DNA from: Nemertoderma westbladi | Taxonomy: Eukaryota; Animalia; Xenacoelomorpha | DNA: 58,082 nt | Direction of reading: 5' to 3' | Assembly (NCBI GenBank): GCA_032718475.1 | Contig: JAUCBJ010000425.1 | Location: forward strand, 1-58,082 | Part shown: piece by piece, positions 25,201 through 40,200 of the stretch | Layout of the letters: each line of letters begins with the position of its first letter | Position numbering within the stretch: the first letter of the stretch is position 1 | The notes under the pieces: generated by a model | Databases searched by the model: none | Seen by the model: only the letters and a program-made list of their open reading frames with translations | What the model was told of the DNA's origin: nothing | Position numbers and translations under genes: made by a program

Positions 25201-28200
25201 CCACTCCCAGGAAGGATGACCACTCCCAGGAAGGGTGACCACTCTCAGGAATGATGGATGACCACTCCCAGGAATGATGGATGACCACTCCCAGGAAGGA
25301 TGATTAAATCCAGGAAGGATGACCACTCCCAGGAAGGATGAACACTCCCAGGAATGATGGATGACCACTCCCATGGATGATGGATGACCGCTCCCAGGAA
25401 TGATGACCACTCCCAGGAATGAAGGATGACCACACCCAGGAAGGATGTCCATTTCCAGGAATGATGGATGACCACTCCCAGGAATGATGGATGACCACTC
25501 CCATGGAATGATGGATGACCACTCCCAGGAATGATGGATGACCACTCCCAGGAATTATGGATGACCACTCCCATGGATGATGGATGACCGCTCCCAGGAA
25601 TGATGACCACTCCCAGGAATGAAGGATGACCACACCCAGGAAGGATGTCCATTCACAGGAATGATGGATGACCACTCCCAGGAATGGTGGATGACCACTC
25701 CCATGGATGATGGATGACCACTCCCAGGAATGATGGATGACCACTCCCAGGAATGATGGATGACCACTCCCAGGAATGATGGATGACCACTCCCAGGAAT
25801 GATGGATGACCACTCCCAGGAAGGATGACCACTCCCAGGAAGGATGACCGCTCCCAGGAATGATGGATGACCACTCCCAGGAATGATGGATGACCACTCC
25901 CATGGATGATGGATGACCACTCCCAGGAATTATGGATGACCACTCCCAGGAATTTTGGATGACCACTCCCAGGAATGAAGGATGACCACTCCCAGGAATG
26001 ATGGATGACCACCCATTAGGAATGATGGATGACCACTCCCAGGAATGATGGATGACCACTCCCAGGAATGATGGATGACCACTCCCTGGAATGATGGATG
26101 ATCACTCCCAGGAATGATGGATGACCACTCTCAGGAAAGATGACCATTCCCAGGAATGATGGATGATCACTCCCAGGAATGATGGATGACCACTCTCAGG
26201 AAGGATGACCATTCCCAGGAATGATGGATGACCACTCCCAGGAATGATGGATGACCACTCCCAGGAATGATAGATGACCACTCCCAGGAAGGATGGATGA
26301 CCACTCCCAGGAATGATGGATGACCACTCCCAGGAATGATGGCCACTCCCAGGAAGGATGGATGACCACTCCCAGGAAGGATGGATGACCACTCCCAGGA
26401 AGGATGGATGACCACTCCCAGGAAGGATGACCACTCCCAGGAAGGATGACCACTCCCAGGAAGGATGGATGACCACTCCCAGGAATGATGGATGACAACT
26501 CCCAGGAATGATGGATGACCACACCCAGGAATGATGGATGACCACTCCCAGGAAGGATGACCACTCCTAGGAATGATGGATGACCACTCACAGGAAGGAT
26601 GGATGACCACTCCCAGGAAGGATGACCACTCCCAGGAATGATGGATGACCACTCCCATGAAGGATCACCACTCCCAGGAATGATGGATGACCACTCCCAG
26701 AAATGATGGATGACCACTCCCAGGAAGGATGACCACTCCCAGGAAGGGTGACCAATCTCAGGAATGATGGATGACCACTCTCAGGAATGATGGATGACCA
26801 CTCCCAGGAAGGATGATTACATCCAGGAAGGATGACCACTCCCAGGAAGGATGAACACTCCCAGGAAGGATGACCACTCCCAGGAATGATGGATGACCAC
26901 TCCCAGGAATGATGGATGGCCACTCCCATGGATGATGGATGACCACTCCCAGGAATGATGGATGACCACTCCCAGGAAGGATGGATGACCACTCCCAGGA
27001 ATGATGGATGACCACTCCCAGGAATGGTGGATGACCACTAACAGGAATGATGGATGACCATTTGCAGGAATGATGGATGACCACTCCCAGGAATGATGGA
27101 TGACCACTCCCAGGAATGATGGATGACCACTCCCAGGAATGATGGATGACCACTCCCAGGAATGATGGATGACCACTCCCAGGAAGGATGACCACTCCCA
27201 GGAAGGATGGATACCACTCCCAGGAATGATGGATGACCATTCCCAGGAAGGATGGATGACCACTCCCAGGAAGGATGGATGACCACTCCCAGGAAGGATG
27301 ATGACCACTCCCAGGAAGGATGGATGACCACTCCCAGGAAGGATGACGAATCCCAGGAAGGATGACCACTCCCATGGTGGATGGATGATCACTCCGAGGA
27401 ATGATGGATGACCACTCCCAGGAATGATGGATGACCACACCCAGGAATGATGGATGACCACTCCCAGGAAGGATGACCACTCCCAGGAATGATGGATGAC
27501 CACTCCCAGGAAGGATGGATGACCACTCCCAGGAAGGATGACCACTCCCAGGAATGGTGGATGACCACTCCCAGGAATGATGGATGACCACTCCCAGGAA
27601 TGATGGATGACCACTCCCAGGAATGATGGATGACCACTCCCAGGAAGGATGACCACTCCCAGGAAGGATGACCGCTCCCAGGAATGATGGATGACCACTC
27701 CCAGGAATGATGGATGACCACTCTCATGGATGATGGATGACCACTCCCAGGAATTATGGATGACCACTCCCAGGAATTTTGGATGACCACTCCCAGGAAT
27801 GAAGGATGACCACTCCCAGGAATGATGGATGACCACCCATTAGGAATGATGGATGACCACTCCCAGGAATGATGGATGACCACTCCCAGGAATGATGGAT
27901 GATCACTCCCAGGAATGATGGATGACCACTCTCAGGAAGGATGACCATTCCCAGGAATGATGGATGATCACTCCCAGGAATGATGGATGACCACTCTCAG
28001 GAAGGATGACCATTCCCAGGAATGATGGATGACCACTCCCAGGAATGATGGATGACCACTCCCAGGAATGATAGATGACCACTCCCAGGAAGGATGGATG
28101 ACCACTCCCAGGAATGATGGGTGACCACTCCCAGGAATGATGGCCACTCCCAGGAAGGATGGATGACCACTCCCAGGAGATGACCACTCCCGGAAGGATG

Positions 28201-31200
28201 GATGACCACTCCCAGGAAGGATGACCACTCCCAGGAAGGATGACCACTCCCAGGAAGGATGGATGACCACTCCCAGGAATGATGGATGACAACTCCCAGG
28301 AATGATGGATGACCACACCCAGGAATGATGGATGACCACTCCCAGGAAGGATGACCACTCCTAGGAATGATGGATGACCACTCACAGGAAGGATGGATGA
28401 CCACTCCCAGGAAGGATGAACACTCCTAGGAATGATGGATGACCACTCCCAGGAATGATGGATGATCACTCCCAGGAAGGATGACCACTCCCAGGAAGGA
28501 TGACCACTCCCAGGAAGGGTGACCACTCTCAGGAATGATGGATGACCACTCTCAGGAATGATGGATGACCACTCCCAGGAAGGATGATTAAATCCAGGAA
28601 GGATGACCACTCCCAGGAAGGATGAACACTCCCAGGAATGATGGATGACCACTCCCATGGATGATGGATGACCGCTCCCAGGAATGATGACCACTCCCAG
28701 GAATGAAGGATGACCACACCCAGGAAGGATGTCCATTTCCAGGAATGATGGATGACCACTCCCAGGAATGATGGATGACCACTCCCATGGATGATGGATG
28801 ACCACTCCCAGGAATGATGGATGACCACTCCCAGGAATTATGGATGACCACTCCCATGGATGATGGATGACCGCTCCCAGGAATGATGACCACTCCCAGG
28901 AATGAAGGATGACCACACCCAGGAAGGATGTCCATTCACAGGAATGATGGATGACCACTCCCAGGAATGGTGGATGACCACTCCCATGGATGATGGATGA
29001 CCACTCCCAGGAATGATGGATGACCACTCCCAGGAATTATGGATGACCACTCTCAGGAATGAAGGATGACCACTCCCAGGAATGATGGATGACCACTCAC
29101 AGGAATGATGGATGACCACTCCCAGGAATGATGAATGACCACTCCCAGGTATGATGGATGGCCACTCCCAGGAATGATGGATGACCACTCACAGGAACGA
29201 TGGATGACCACTCCCAGGAATGATGGATGACCACTCCCAGGAATTATGGATGACCACTCCCAGGAATGATGGATGACCACTCCCAGGAATGATTACCACT
29301 CCCAGGAATGATGGATGACCACTTCCAGGAATGATGGATGACCACTCCCAGGAATGATGACCACTCCCAGTAATGATGGATGACCACTCCCAGGAAGGAT
29401 GGATGACCACTCCCAGGAAGGATGACCACTCCCAGGATTGATTACCACTCCCAGGAATGATGGATGACCACTCCCAGGAAGGATGACCACTCCCAGGAAT
29501 GATGGATGACCACTCACAGTAAGGATGGATGACCACTCCCAGGAAGGATGACCACTCCCAGGCATGATGGATGACCACTCCCATAAAGGATGACCACTCC
29601 CAGGAATGATGGATGCCCACTCCCAGGAAGAACGACCACTCCCATGGATGATGGATGACCACTCCCAGGAATGATGGATGACCACTCCCAGGAATGATGG
29701 ATGACCACTCCCAGGAATGACGGATGACCACTCCCTGGAAGGATGGATGACCACTCCCAGGAATGATGGACGACCACACATAGGAAGGATGACCACTCCC
29801 ACGAATGATGGATGACCACTCCCAGGAATGATGGATGACCACTCCCAGGAATGAAGGATGAGCACTCCCAGGAAGGATGACCACTCCCAGGAATAATGGA
29901 TGACCACTCCCAGGAATGATGGGTGACCACTCCCAGGAATGATGGATGACCACTCCCAGGAATGAAGGATGACCACTCCCAGGAATGATGGATGACCACT
30001 CCCAGGAATGATGTATGACCACTCCCAGGAATGATGGATGACCACTCCCAGGAATGATGGATGACCACTCCCATGGAATGATGGACGACTACTCCCAGGA
30101 AGGATGACCACTCCCAGGAAGGATGACGACTCCCAGGAAGGATGGATACCACTCCCAGAAATGATGGATGACCACTCCCAGGAATGGTGGATGACCACTC
30201 CCAGGAATGATGGATGACCACTCCCAGGAATGATGGATGACCACTCCCATGAGTGATGGATGACCTGACCACTACCAGGAATGATGGGTGACCACTCCCA
30301 GGAATGATGGATGACCACTCCCAGGAAATGATGGATGACCACTCCCAGGAATGATGGATGACCACTTCTAGGAATGATGGATGACCACTCCCAGGAATGA
30401 TGACCACTCCCAGGAAGGATGGATGACCACTCCCAGGAAGGATGACCACTCCCAGGAAGGATGACCACTCCCAGGAAGGATGACCACTCCCAGGAAGGAT
30501 GGATGACCACTCACAGGAACGATGGATGACCACTCCCAGGAATGATGGATGACCACTCCCAGGAATTATGGATGACCACTCCCAGGAATGATGGATGACC
30601 ACTCCCAGGAATGATTACCACTCCCAGGAATGATGGATGACCACTTCCAGGAATGATGGATGACCACTCCCAGGAATGATGACCACTCCCAGTAATGATG
30701 GATGACCACTCCCAGGAAGGATGGATGACCACTCCCAGGAAGGATGACCACTCCCAGGATTGATTACCACTCCCAGGAATGATGGATGACCACTCCCAGG
30801 AAGGATGACCACTCCCAGGAATGATGGATGACCACTCACAGTAAGGATGGATGACCACTCCCAGGAAGGATGACCACTCCCAGGCATGATGGATGACCAC
30901 TCCCATAAAGGATGACCACTCCCAGGAATACTACTACTACTACTACTAGGATCGGCATGCTGCATTGCAGCTGCATTTTTAAGAATGCTGTGCCGGCTTA
31001 TCGACAAAATCGCACCGCCACAACTCCCTATCACCCATGACATTTGCTAGATCATCCGCATCTTCAAGGCCAGTGTCCTTTAAGATGCGTCTCAAGAAAG
31101 TCATGGGTTGTCCACCATGCTTATTCACTCCATGAGGCTGCCAAAGTACAAGATTATGCACTGGCTGGTCCTCACGGCGAAAGCAATGTCCTGCAAAGCG

Positions 31201-34200
31201 GAGCCGATTTTGTTCTAGTGTCAAGCTTGGGGGAACCAATGAGACACCTCCAATGTTATATAGTGTCTGGTTGGAGATGTGTGCATTGTACTTGACACAA
31301 TGTACCCGGCGTAGCATTCTTGTGAATGTGCCATCCAGAGATTTGGTGTCCTCAGCAGTTAGAGCCCAGCATGGACTCCCATAGAGGAGTACTGGAACTA
31401 CTGCTGCTCTAAATAATCGGACCTTAACTTTCCGATTAATTCTAGGTGACTTCCAAATCCTGGAAAGCCTATTCAAGGCTGCCCATGCCTTTCCCTTACG
31501 TATTCGAAGGTCCTCACCTGACTTCCGGATCCATGATCCCAGGTAACAGAAGTCGTCCACATGCTCAAGCATACCATCCTTTGAGCTTATGCTCATCCGA
31601 TCAGAGACTTGCTGAGGACTTTCAAAGTTAACTGTCAGAATTTTGGTCTTTCTGGAGTTAATAAAAAGACCAACACTAGAAGCAGCATGTTCTAATGAGC
31701 TGAGGAGCCGCTGGGCTCCCTCTAATGATTCTGAGAGTACTCCTAAGTCATCAGCAAAGTCTAGATCAGTTAGGTACTTGGCAGGATTTCCTCGACTTCT
31801 GGAGCCAGTAGGTGGAGTTATCATCACCCCATCATCATTATGATGATCTAAGGACATGCGTAGAACATAGTCAACCACAATAATGAACAAGAATGGTGCA
31901 AGTGTGTCTCCTTGGAGGACGCCCCATAACACTTCAAATGGTTCTGTGTCACCGTCAACAGTAGACACAAATGTTGTTGAACCATCGTATACTGATCTGA
32001 TTGCTGCAATAATTTCATCAGGAATCCCATATAATGAAAGTATGCTGAACATGGGATGACATTCCAGGAATGATGGATGCCCACTCCCAGGAAAGACGAC
32101 CACTCCCATGGATGATGGATGACCACTCCCAGGAATGATGGATGACCACTCCCAGGAATGATGGATGACCACTCCCAGGAATGACGGATGACCACTCCCT
32201 GGAAGGATGGATGACCACTCCCAGGAATGATGGACGACCACACATAGGAAGGATGACCACTCCCACGAATGATGGATGACCACTCCCAGGAATGATGGAT
32301 GACCACTCCCAGGAATGAAGGATGAGCACTCCCTGGAAGGATGACCACTCCCAGGAATAATGGATGACCACTCCCAGGAATGATGGGTGACCACTCCCAG
32401 GAATGATGGATGACCACTCCCAGGAATGAAGGATGACCACTCCCAGGAATGATGGATGACCACTCCCAGGAATGATGTATGACCACTCCCAGGAATGATG
32501 GATGACCACTCCCAGGAATGATGGATGACCACTCCCATGGAATGATGGACGACTACTCCCAGGAAGGATGACCACTCCCAGGAAGGATGACGACTCCCAG
32601 GAAGGATGGATACCACTCCCAGAAATGATGGATGACCACTCCCAGGAATGGTGGATGACCACTCCCAGGAATGATGGATGACCACTCCCAGGAATGATGG
32701 ATGACCACTCCCATGAGTGATGGATGACCTGACCACTACCAGGAATGATGGGTGACCACTCCCAGGAATGATGGATGACCACTCCCAGGAAATGATGGAT
32801 GACCACTCCCAGGAATGATGGATGACCACTTCTAGGAATGATGGATGACCACTCCCAGGAATGATGACCACTCCCAGGAAGGATGGATGACCACTCCCAG
32901 GAAGGATGACCACTCCCAGGAAGGATGACCACTCCCAGGAAGGATGACCACTCCCAGGAAGGATGGATGACCACTCCCAGGAATGATGGATGACAACTCC
33001 CAGGAATGATGGATGACCACACCCAGGAATGATGGATGACCACTCCCAGGAAGAATGACCACTCCTAGGAATGATGGATGACCACTCACAGGAAGGATGG
33101 ATGACCACTCCCAGGAAGGATGACCACTCCCAGGAAGGATGACCACTCCCAGGAATGATGGATGACCACTCCCATGAAGGATCACCACTTCCAGGAATGA
33201 TGGATGACCACTCCCAGGAAGGATGACCACTCCCAGGAAGGATGACCACTCCCAGGAAGGATGACCACTCCCAGGAAGGATGACCACTCCCAGGAAAGGA
33301 TGACCACTCCCAGGAAGGGTGACCACTCTCAGGAATGATGGATGACCACTCTCAGGAATGATGGATGACCACTCCCAGGAAGGATGATTACATCCAGGAA
33401 GGATGACCACTCCCAGGAAGGATGAACACTCCCAGGAATGATGGATGACCACTCCCAGGAAGGATGACCACTCCCAGGAATGATGGATCACCACTCTCAG
33501 GAAGGATGACCACTCCCAGGAAGGATGACTACTCCCAGGAAGGATGTCACTCCCAGGAAGGATGTCCACTCCCAGGAATGATGGATGACCACTCCCAGGA
33601 ATGATGGATGACCACTCCCAGGAATGATTACCACTCCCAGGAATGATGGATGACCACTTCCAGGAATGATGGATGACCACTCCCAGGAAGGATGAACACT
33701 CCCAGGAATGATGGATGACCACTCCCAGGAAGGATGACCACTCCCAGGAATGATGGATCACCACTCTCAGGAAGGATGACCACTCCCAGGAAGGATGACT
33801 ACTCCCAGGAAGGATGTCACTCCCAGGAAGGATGTCCACTCCCAGGAATGATGGATGACCACTCCCAGGAATGATGGATGACCACTCCTATGGATGATGG
33901 ATGACCAGTCCCAGGAATGATGGATGACCACTCCCAGGAATGATGGATGACCACTCCCAGGAATGATGGATGAGCACTGCCAGGAAGGATGACCACTCCC
34001 AGGAATAATGGATGACCACTACCACTCCCATGGATGATGGATGACCACTCCCAGGAATGATGGATGACCGCTCCCAGGAATGATGGATGACCACTCCCAG
34101 GAATGAAGGATGACCACTCCCAGGAATGATGGATGACCACTCCCAGGAATGATGGATGACCACTCCCAGGAATGATGGATGACCACTCCCAGGAATGATG

Positions 34201-37200
34201 GATGACCACTCCCAGGAAGGATGAACACTCCCAGGAAGGATGACCACTCCCAGGAAGGATGGTTACCACTCCCAGGAATGATGGATGACCACTCCCAGGA
34301 ATGGTGGATGACCACTACCAGGAATGATGGATGACCACTCCCAGGAATGATGGATGACCACTCCCAGGAATGATGGATGACCTGACCACTACCAGGAATG
34401 ATGGGTAACCACTCCCAGGAATGATGGATGACCACTCCCAGGAAATGATGGATGACCACTCCCAGGAATGATGGATGACCACTTCCAGGAATGATGAATG
34501 ACCACTCCCAGGAAGGATGACCACTCCCAGGAAGGATGACCACTCCCAGGAAGGATGGATGACCACTCCCAGGAATGATGGATGACAACTCCCAGGAATG
34601 ATGGATGACCACACCCAGGAATGATGGATGACCACTCCCAGGAAGGATGACCACTCCTAGGAATGATGGATGACCACTCACAGGAAGGATGGATGACCAC
34701 TCCCAGGAAGGATGACCACTCCCAGGAAGGATGACCACTCCCAGGAAGGATGACCACTCCCAGGAATGATGGATGAGGATGACCACTCCCATGAAGGATC
34801 ACCACTTCCAGGAATGATGGATGACCACTCCCAGGAATGATGGATGACCACTCCCAGGAAGGATGACCACTCCCAGGAAGGATGACCACTCCCAGGAAGG
34901 ATGACCACTCCCAGGAAGGGTGACCACTCCCAGGAATGATGGATCACCACTCTCAGGAAGGATGACCACTCCCAGGAAGGATGACTACTCCCAGGAAGGA
35001 TGTCACTCCCAGGAAGGATGTCCACTCCCAGGAATGATGGATGACCACTCCCAGGAATGATGGATGACCACTCCCATGGATGATGGATGACCACTCCCAG
35101 GAATGATGGATGACCACTCCCAGGAATTATGGATGACCACTCCGAGGAATGAAGGATGACCACTCCCAGGAATGATGGATGAGCACTCACAGGAATGATG
35201 GATCACCACTCCCAGGAATGATGAATGACCACTCCCAGGAATGATGGATGACCACTCACAGGAACGATGGATGACCACTCCCAGGAATGATGGATGACCA
35301 CTCCCAGGAATGATGGATGACCACTCCCAGGAATGATTACCACTCCCAGGAATGATGGATGACCACTTCCAGGAATGATGGATGACCACTCCCAGGAATG
35401 ATGACCACTCCCAGGAAGGATGGATGACCACTCCCAGGAAGGATGGATGTCCACTCCAGGAAGGATGACCACTCCCAGGATGGATGACCACTCCCAGGAA
35501 TGATGGATGACCACTCCCAGGAATGATGGATGACCACTCACAGGAAGGATGGATGACCACTCCCAGGAAGGATGACCACTCCCAGGCATGATGGATGACC
35601 ACTCCCATGAAGGATGACCACTCCCAGGAATGATGGATGACCACTCCCAGGAAGGATGACCACTCCCAGGAAGGATGACCACTCCCAGGAAGGGTGACCG
35701 CTCTCAGGAATGATGGAAGACCACTCTCAGGAATGATGGATGACCACTCCCAGGAATGATGGATGACCACTCCCAGGAATGATGGATGACCACTCCCAGG
35801 AATGATGAATGACCACTCCCATGGAATGATGGATGACCACTCCCATGGAATGATGGATGACCACTCCCAGGAAGAATGACCACTCCCAGGAAGGATGACC
35901 ACTCCCAGGAAGGATGGATACCACTCCCAGGAATGATGGATGACAACTCCCAGGAATGGTGGATGACCACTCCCAGGAATGATGGATGACCACTCCCAGG
36001 AATGATGGATGACCACTCCCAGGAATGATGGATGACCTGACCACTACCAGGAATGATGGGTGACCACTCCCAGGAATGATGGATGACCACTCCCAGGAAA
36101 TGATGGATGACCACTCCCAGGAATAATGGATGACCACTTCCAGGAATGATGGATGACCACTCCCAGGAATGATGACCACTCCCAGGAAGGATGGATGACC
36201 ACTCCCAGGTAGGATGGATGACCACTCCCAGGAAGGATGACCACTCCCAGGAAGGATGGATGACCACTCCCAGGAATGATGGATGACCACTCCCAGGAAT
36301 TATGGATGACCACTCCGAGGAATGAAGGATGACCACTCCCAGGAATGATGGATGAGCACTCACAGGAATGATGGATGACCACTCCCAGGAATGATGAATG
36401 ACCACTCCCAGGAATGATGGATGACCACTCCCAGGAATGATGGATGACCACTCCCAGGAAGGATGACCACTCCAGGAAGGAACGATACCACTCCCAGGAA
36501 TGATGGATGGCCACTCCCAGGAATGATGGATGACCACTCACAGGAACGATGGATGACCACTCCCAGGAATGATGGATGACCACTCCCAGGAATGATGACC
36601 ACTCCCAGGAAGGATGGATGACCACTCCCAGGAAGGATGGATGTCCACTCCCAGGAAGGATGACCACTCCCAGGATGGATGACCACTCCCAGGAATGATG
36701 GATGACCACTCCCAGGAATGATGGATGACCACTCACAGGAAGGATGGATGACCACTCCCAGGAAGGATGACCACTCCCAGGCATGATGGATGACCACTCC
36801 CATGAAGGATGACCACTCCCAGGAATGATGGATGACCACTCCCAGGAAGGATGACCACTCCCAGGAAGGATGACCACTCCCAGGAAGGATGACCACTCCC
36901 AGGAAGGGTGACCACTCTCAGGAATGATGGATGACCACTCTCAGGAATGATGGATGACCACTCCCAGGAATGATGGATGACCACTCCCAGGAATGATGGA
37001 TGACCACTCCCAGGAATGATGAATGACCACTCCCTTGGAATGATGGATGACCACTCCCAGGAAGGATGGATACCACTCCCAGGAATGATGGATGACCACT
37101 CCCAGGAATGGTGGATGACCACTCCCAGGAATGATGGATGACCACTCCCAGGAATGATGGATGACCACTCCCAGGAATGATGGATGACCTGACCACTACC

Positions 37201-40200
37201 AGGAATGATGGGTGACCACTCCCAGGAATGATGGATGACCACTCCCAGGAAATGATGGATGACCACTCCCAGGAATGATGGATGACCACTTCCAGGAATG
37301 ATGGATGACCACTCCCAGGAATGATGACCACTCCCAGGAAGGATGGATGACCACTCCCAGGTAGGATGGATGACCACTCCCAGGAAGGATGACCACTCCC
37401 AGGAAGGATGACCACTCCCAGGAAGGATGGATGACCACTCCCAGGAATGATGGATGACAACTCCCAGGAATGATGGATGACCACACCCAGGAAGGATGAC
37501 CACTCCTAGGAATGATGGATGACCACTCCCAGGAAGGATGACCACTTCCAGGAATGATGGATGACCACTCCCAGGAATGATGGATGACCACTTCCAGGAA
37601 TGATGGATGACCACTCCCAGGAATGATGACCACTCCCAGGAAGGATGGATGACAACTCCCAGGAAGGATGGATGACCACTCCCAGGAAGGATGACCACTC
37701 CCAGGAAGGATGACCACTCCCAGGAATAATGGATGACCACTCCCAGGAATGATGGATGACCACTCCCAGGAAGGATGACCACTCCCAGGAAGGATGACCA
37801 CTCCCAGGAATAATGGATGACCACTCCCAGGAATGATGGATGACCACTCCCAGGAATGATGGATGACCACTCCCAGGAAGGATGACCACTTCCAGGAATG
37901 ATGGATGACCACTCCCAGGAATGATGGATGACCACTCCCAGGAATGATGGATGACCATTCCCAGGAAGGATGACCACTCCCAGGAAGGATGACCACTCCC
38001 AGGAATGATGGATGACCACTCCCATGAAGGATCACCACTTCCAGGAATGATGGATGACCACTCCCAGGAATGATGGATGACCACTCCCAGGAATGATGGA
38101 TGACCACTCCCAGGAAGGATGACCACTCCCAGGAAGGATGACCACTCCCAGGAAGGATGACCACTCCCATGAAGGGTGACCACTCTCAGGAATGATGGAT
38201 GACCACTCTCAGGAATGATGGATGACCACTCCCAGGAAGGATGATTACATCCAGGAAGGATGACCACTCCCAGGAAGGATGAACACTCCCAGGAATGATG
38301 GATGACCACTCCCAGGAAGGATGACCGCTCCCAGGAATGATGGATCACCACTATCAGGAAGGATGACCACTCCCAGGAAGGATAACTACTCCCAGGAAGG
38401 ATGTCACTCCCAGGAAGGATGTCCACTCCCAGGAATGATGGATGACCACTCCCATGGATGATGGATGACCACTCCCAGGAATGATGGATGACCACTCCCA
38501 GGAATTATGGATGACCACTCCGAGGAATGAAGGATGACCACTCCCAGGAATGATGGATGACCACTCACAGGAATGATGGATGACCACTCCCAGGAATGAT
38601 GAATGACCACTCCCAGGAATGATGGATGACCACTCCCAGGAATGATGGATGACCACTCTCAGGAAGGATGACCACTCCAGGAAGGAACGATACCACTCCC
38701 AGGAATGATGGATGGCCACTCCCAGGAATGATGGATGACCACTCACAGGAACGATGGATGACCACTCCCAGGAATGATGGATGACCACTCCCAGGCATGA
38801 TGGATGACCACTCCCAGGAATGATTACCACTCCCAGGAATGATGGATGACCACTCCCAGGAATGATTACCACTCCCAGGAATGATGGATGACCACTTCCA
38901 GGAATGATGGATGACCACTCCCAGGAATGATGACCACTCCCAGGAAGGATGGATGACCACTCCCAGGAAGGATGGATGTCCACTCCCAGGAAGGATGACC
39001 ACTCCCAGGATGGATGACCACTCCCAGGAATGATGGATGACCACTCCCAGGAATGATGGATGACCACTCACAGGAATGATGGATGACCACTCCCAGGAAG
39101 GATGACCACTCCCAGGCATGATGGATGACCACTCCCATGAAGGATGACCACTCCCAGGAATGATGGATGACCACTCCCAGGAAGGATGACCACTCCCAGG
39201 TAGGATGACCACTCCCAGGAAGGGTGACCACTCTCAGGAATGATGGATGACCACTCTCAGGAATGATGGATGACCACTCCCAGGAAGGATGATTACATCC
39301 AGGAAGGATGACCTCTCCCAGGAAGGATGAACACTCCCAGGAATGATGGATGACCACTCCCAGGAATGATGAATGACCACTCCCAGGAATGATGAATGAC
39401 CACTCCCAGGAATGATGGTTGACCACTCCCAGGAATGATGGATGACCACTCCCAGGAATGATGGATGACCACTCCCAGGAAGGATGACCACTCCAGGAAG
39501 GAACGATACCACTCCCAGGAATGATGGATGGCCACTCCCAGGAATGATGGATGACCACTCACAGGAACGATGGATGATCACTCCCAGGAATGATGGATGA
39601 CCACTCCCAGGAATGATGGATGACCACTCCCAGGAATGATGGATGACCACTCCCAGGAATAATTACCACTCCCAGGAATGATGGATGACCACTTCCAGGA
39701 ATGATGGATGACCACTCCCAGGAATGATGACCACTCCCAGGAAGGATGGATGACAACTCCCAGGAAGGATGGATGACCACTCCCAGGAAGGATGGAAGAC
39801 CACTTCCAGGAAGGATGGATGACCACTCCCAGGATGGATGACCACTCCCAGGAATGATGGATGACCACTCCCAGGAATGATGGATGACCACTCCCAGGAA
39901 GGATGACCACTCCCAGGCATGATGGATGACCACTCCCATGAAGGATGACCACTCCCAGGAATGATGGATGACCACTCCCAGGAATGATGGATGGCCACTC
40001 CCAGGAATGATGGATGACCACTCACAGGAACGATGGATGACCACTCCCAGGAATGATGGATGACCACTCCCAGGAATGATGGATGACCACTCCCAGGAAT
40101 AATTACCACTCCCAGGAATGATGGATGACCACTTCCAGGAATGATGGATGACCACTCCCAGGAATGATGACCACTCCCAGGAAGGATGGATGACCACTCC

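Noticed and set aside
30979-33249. 756-aa satellite-RT fusion protein
   Set aside because: A chance in-frame fusion of the stop-free satellite strand to a 5'-truncated RTE. The RT lacks its N-terminal subdomains.
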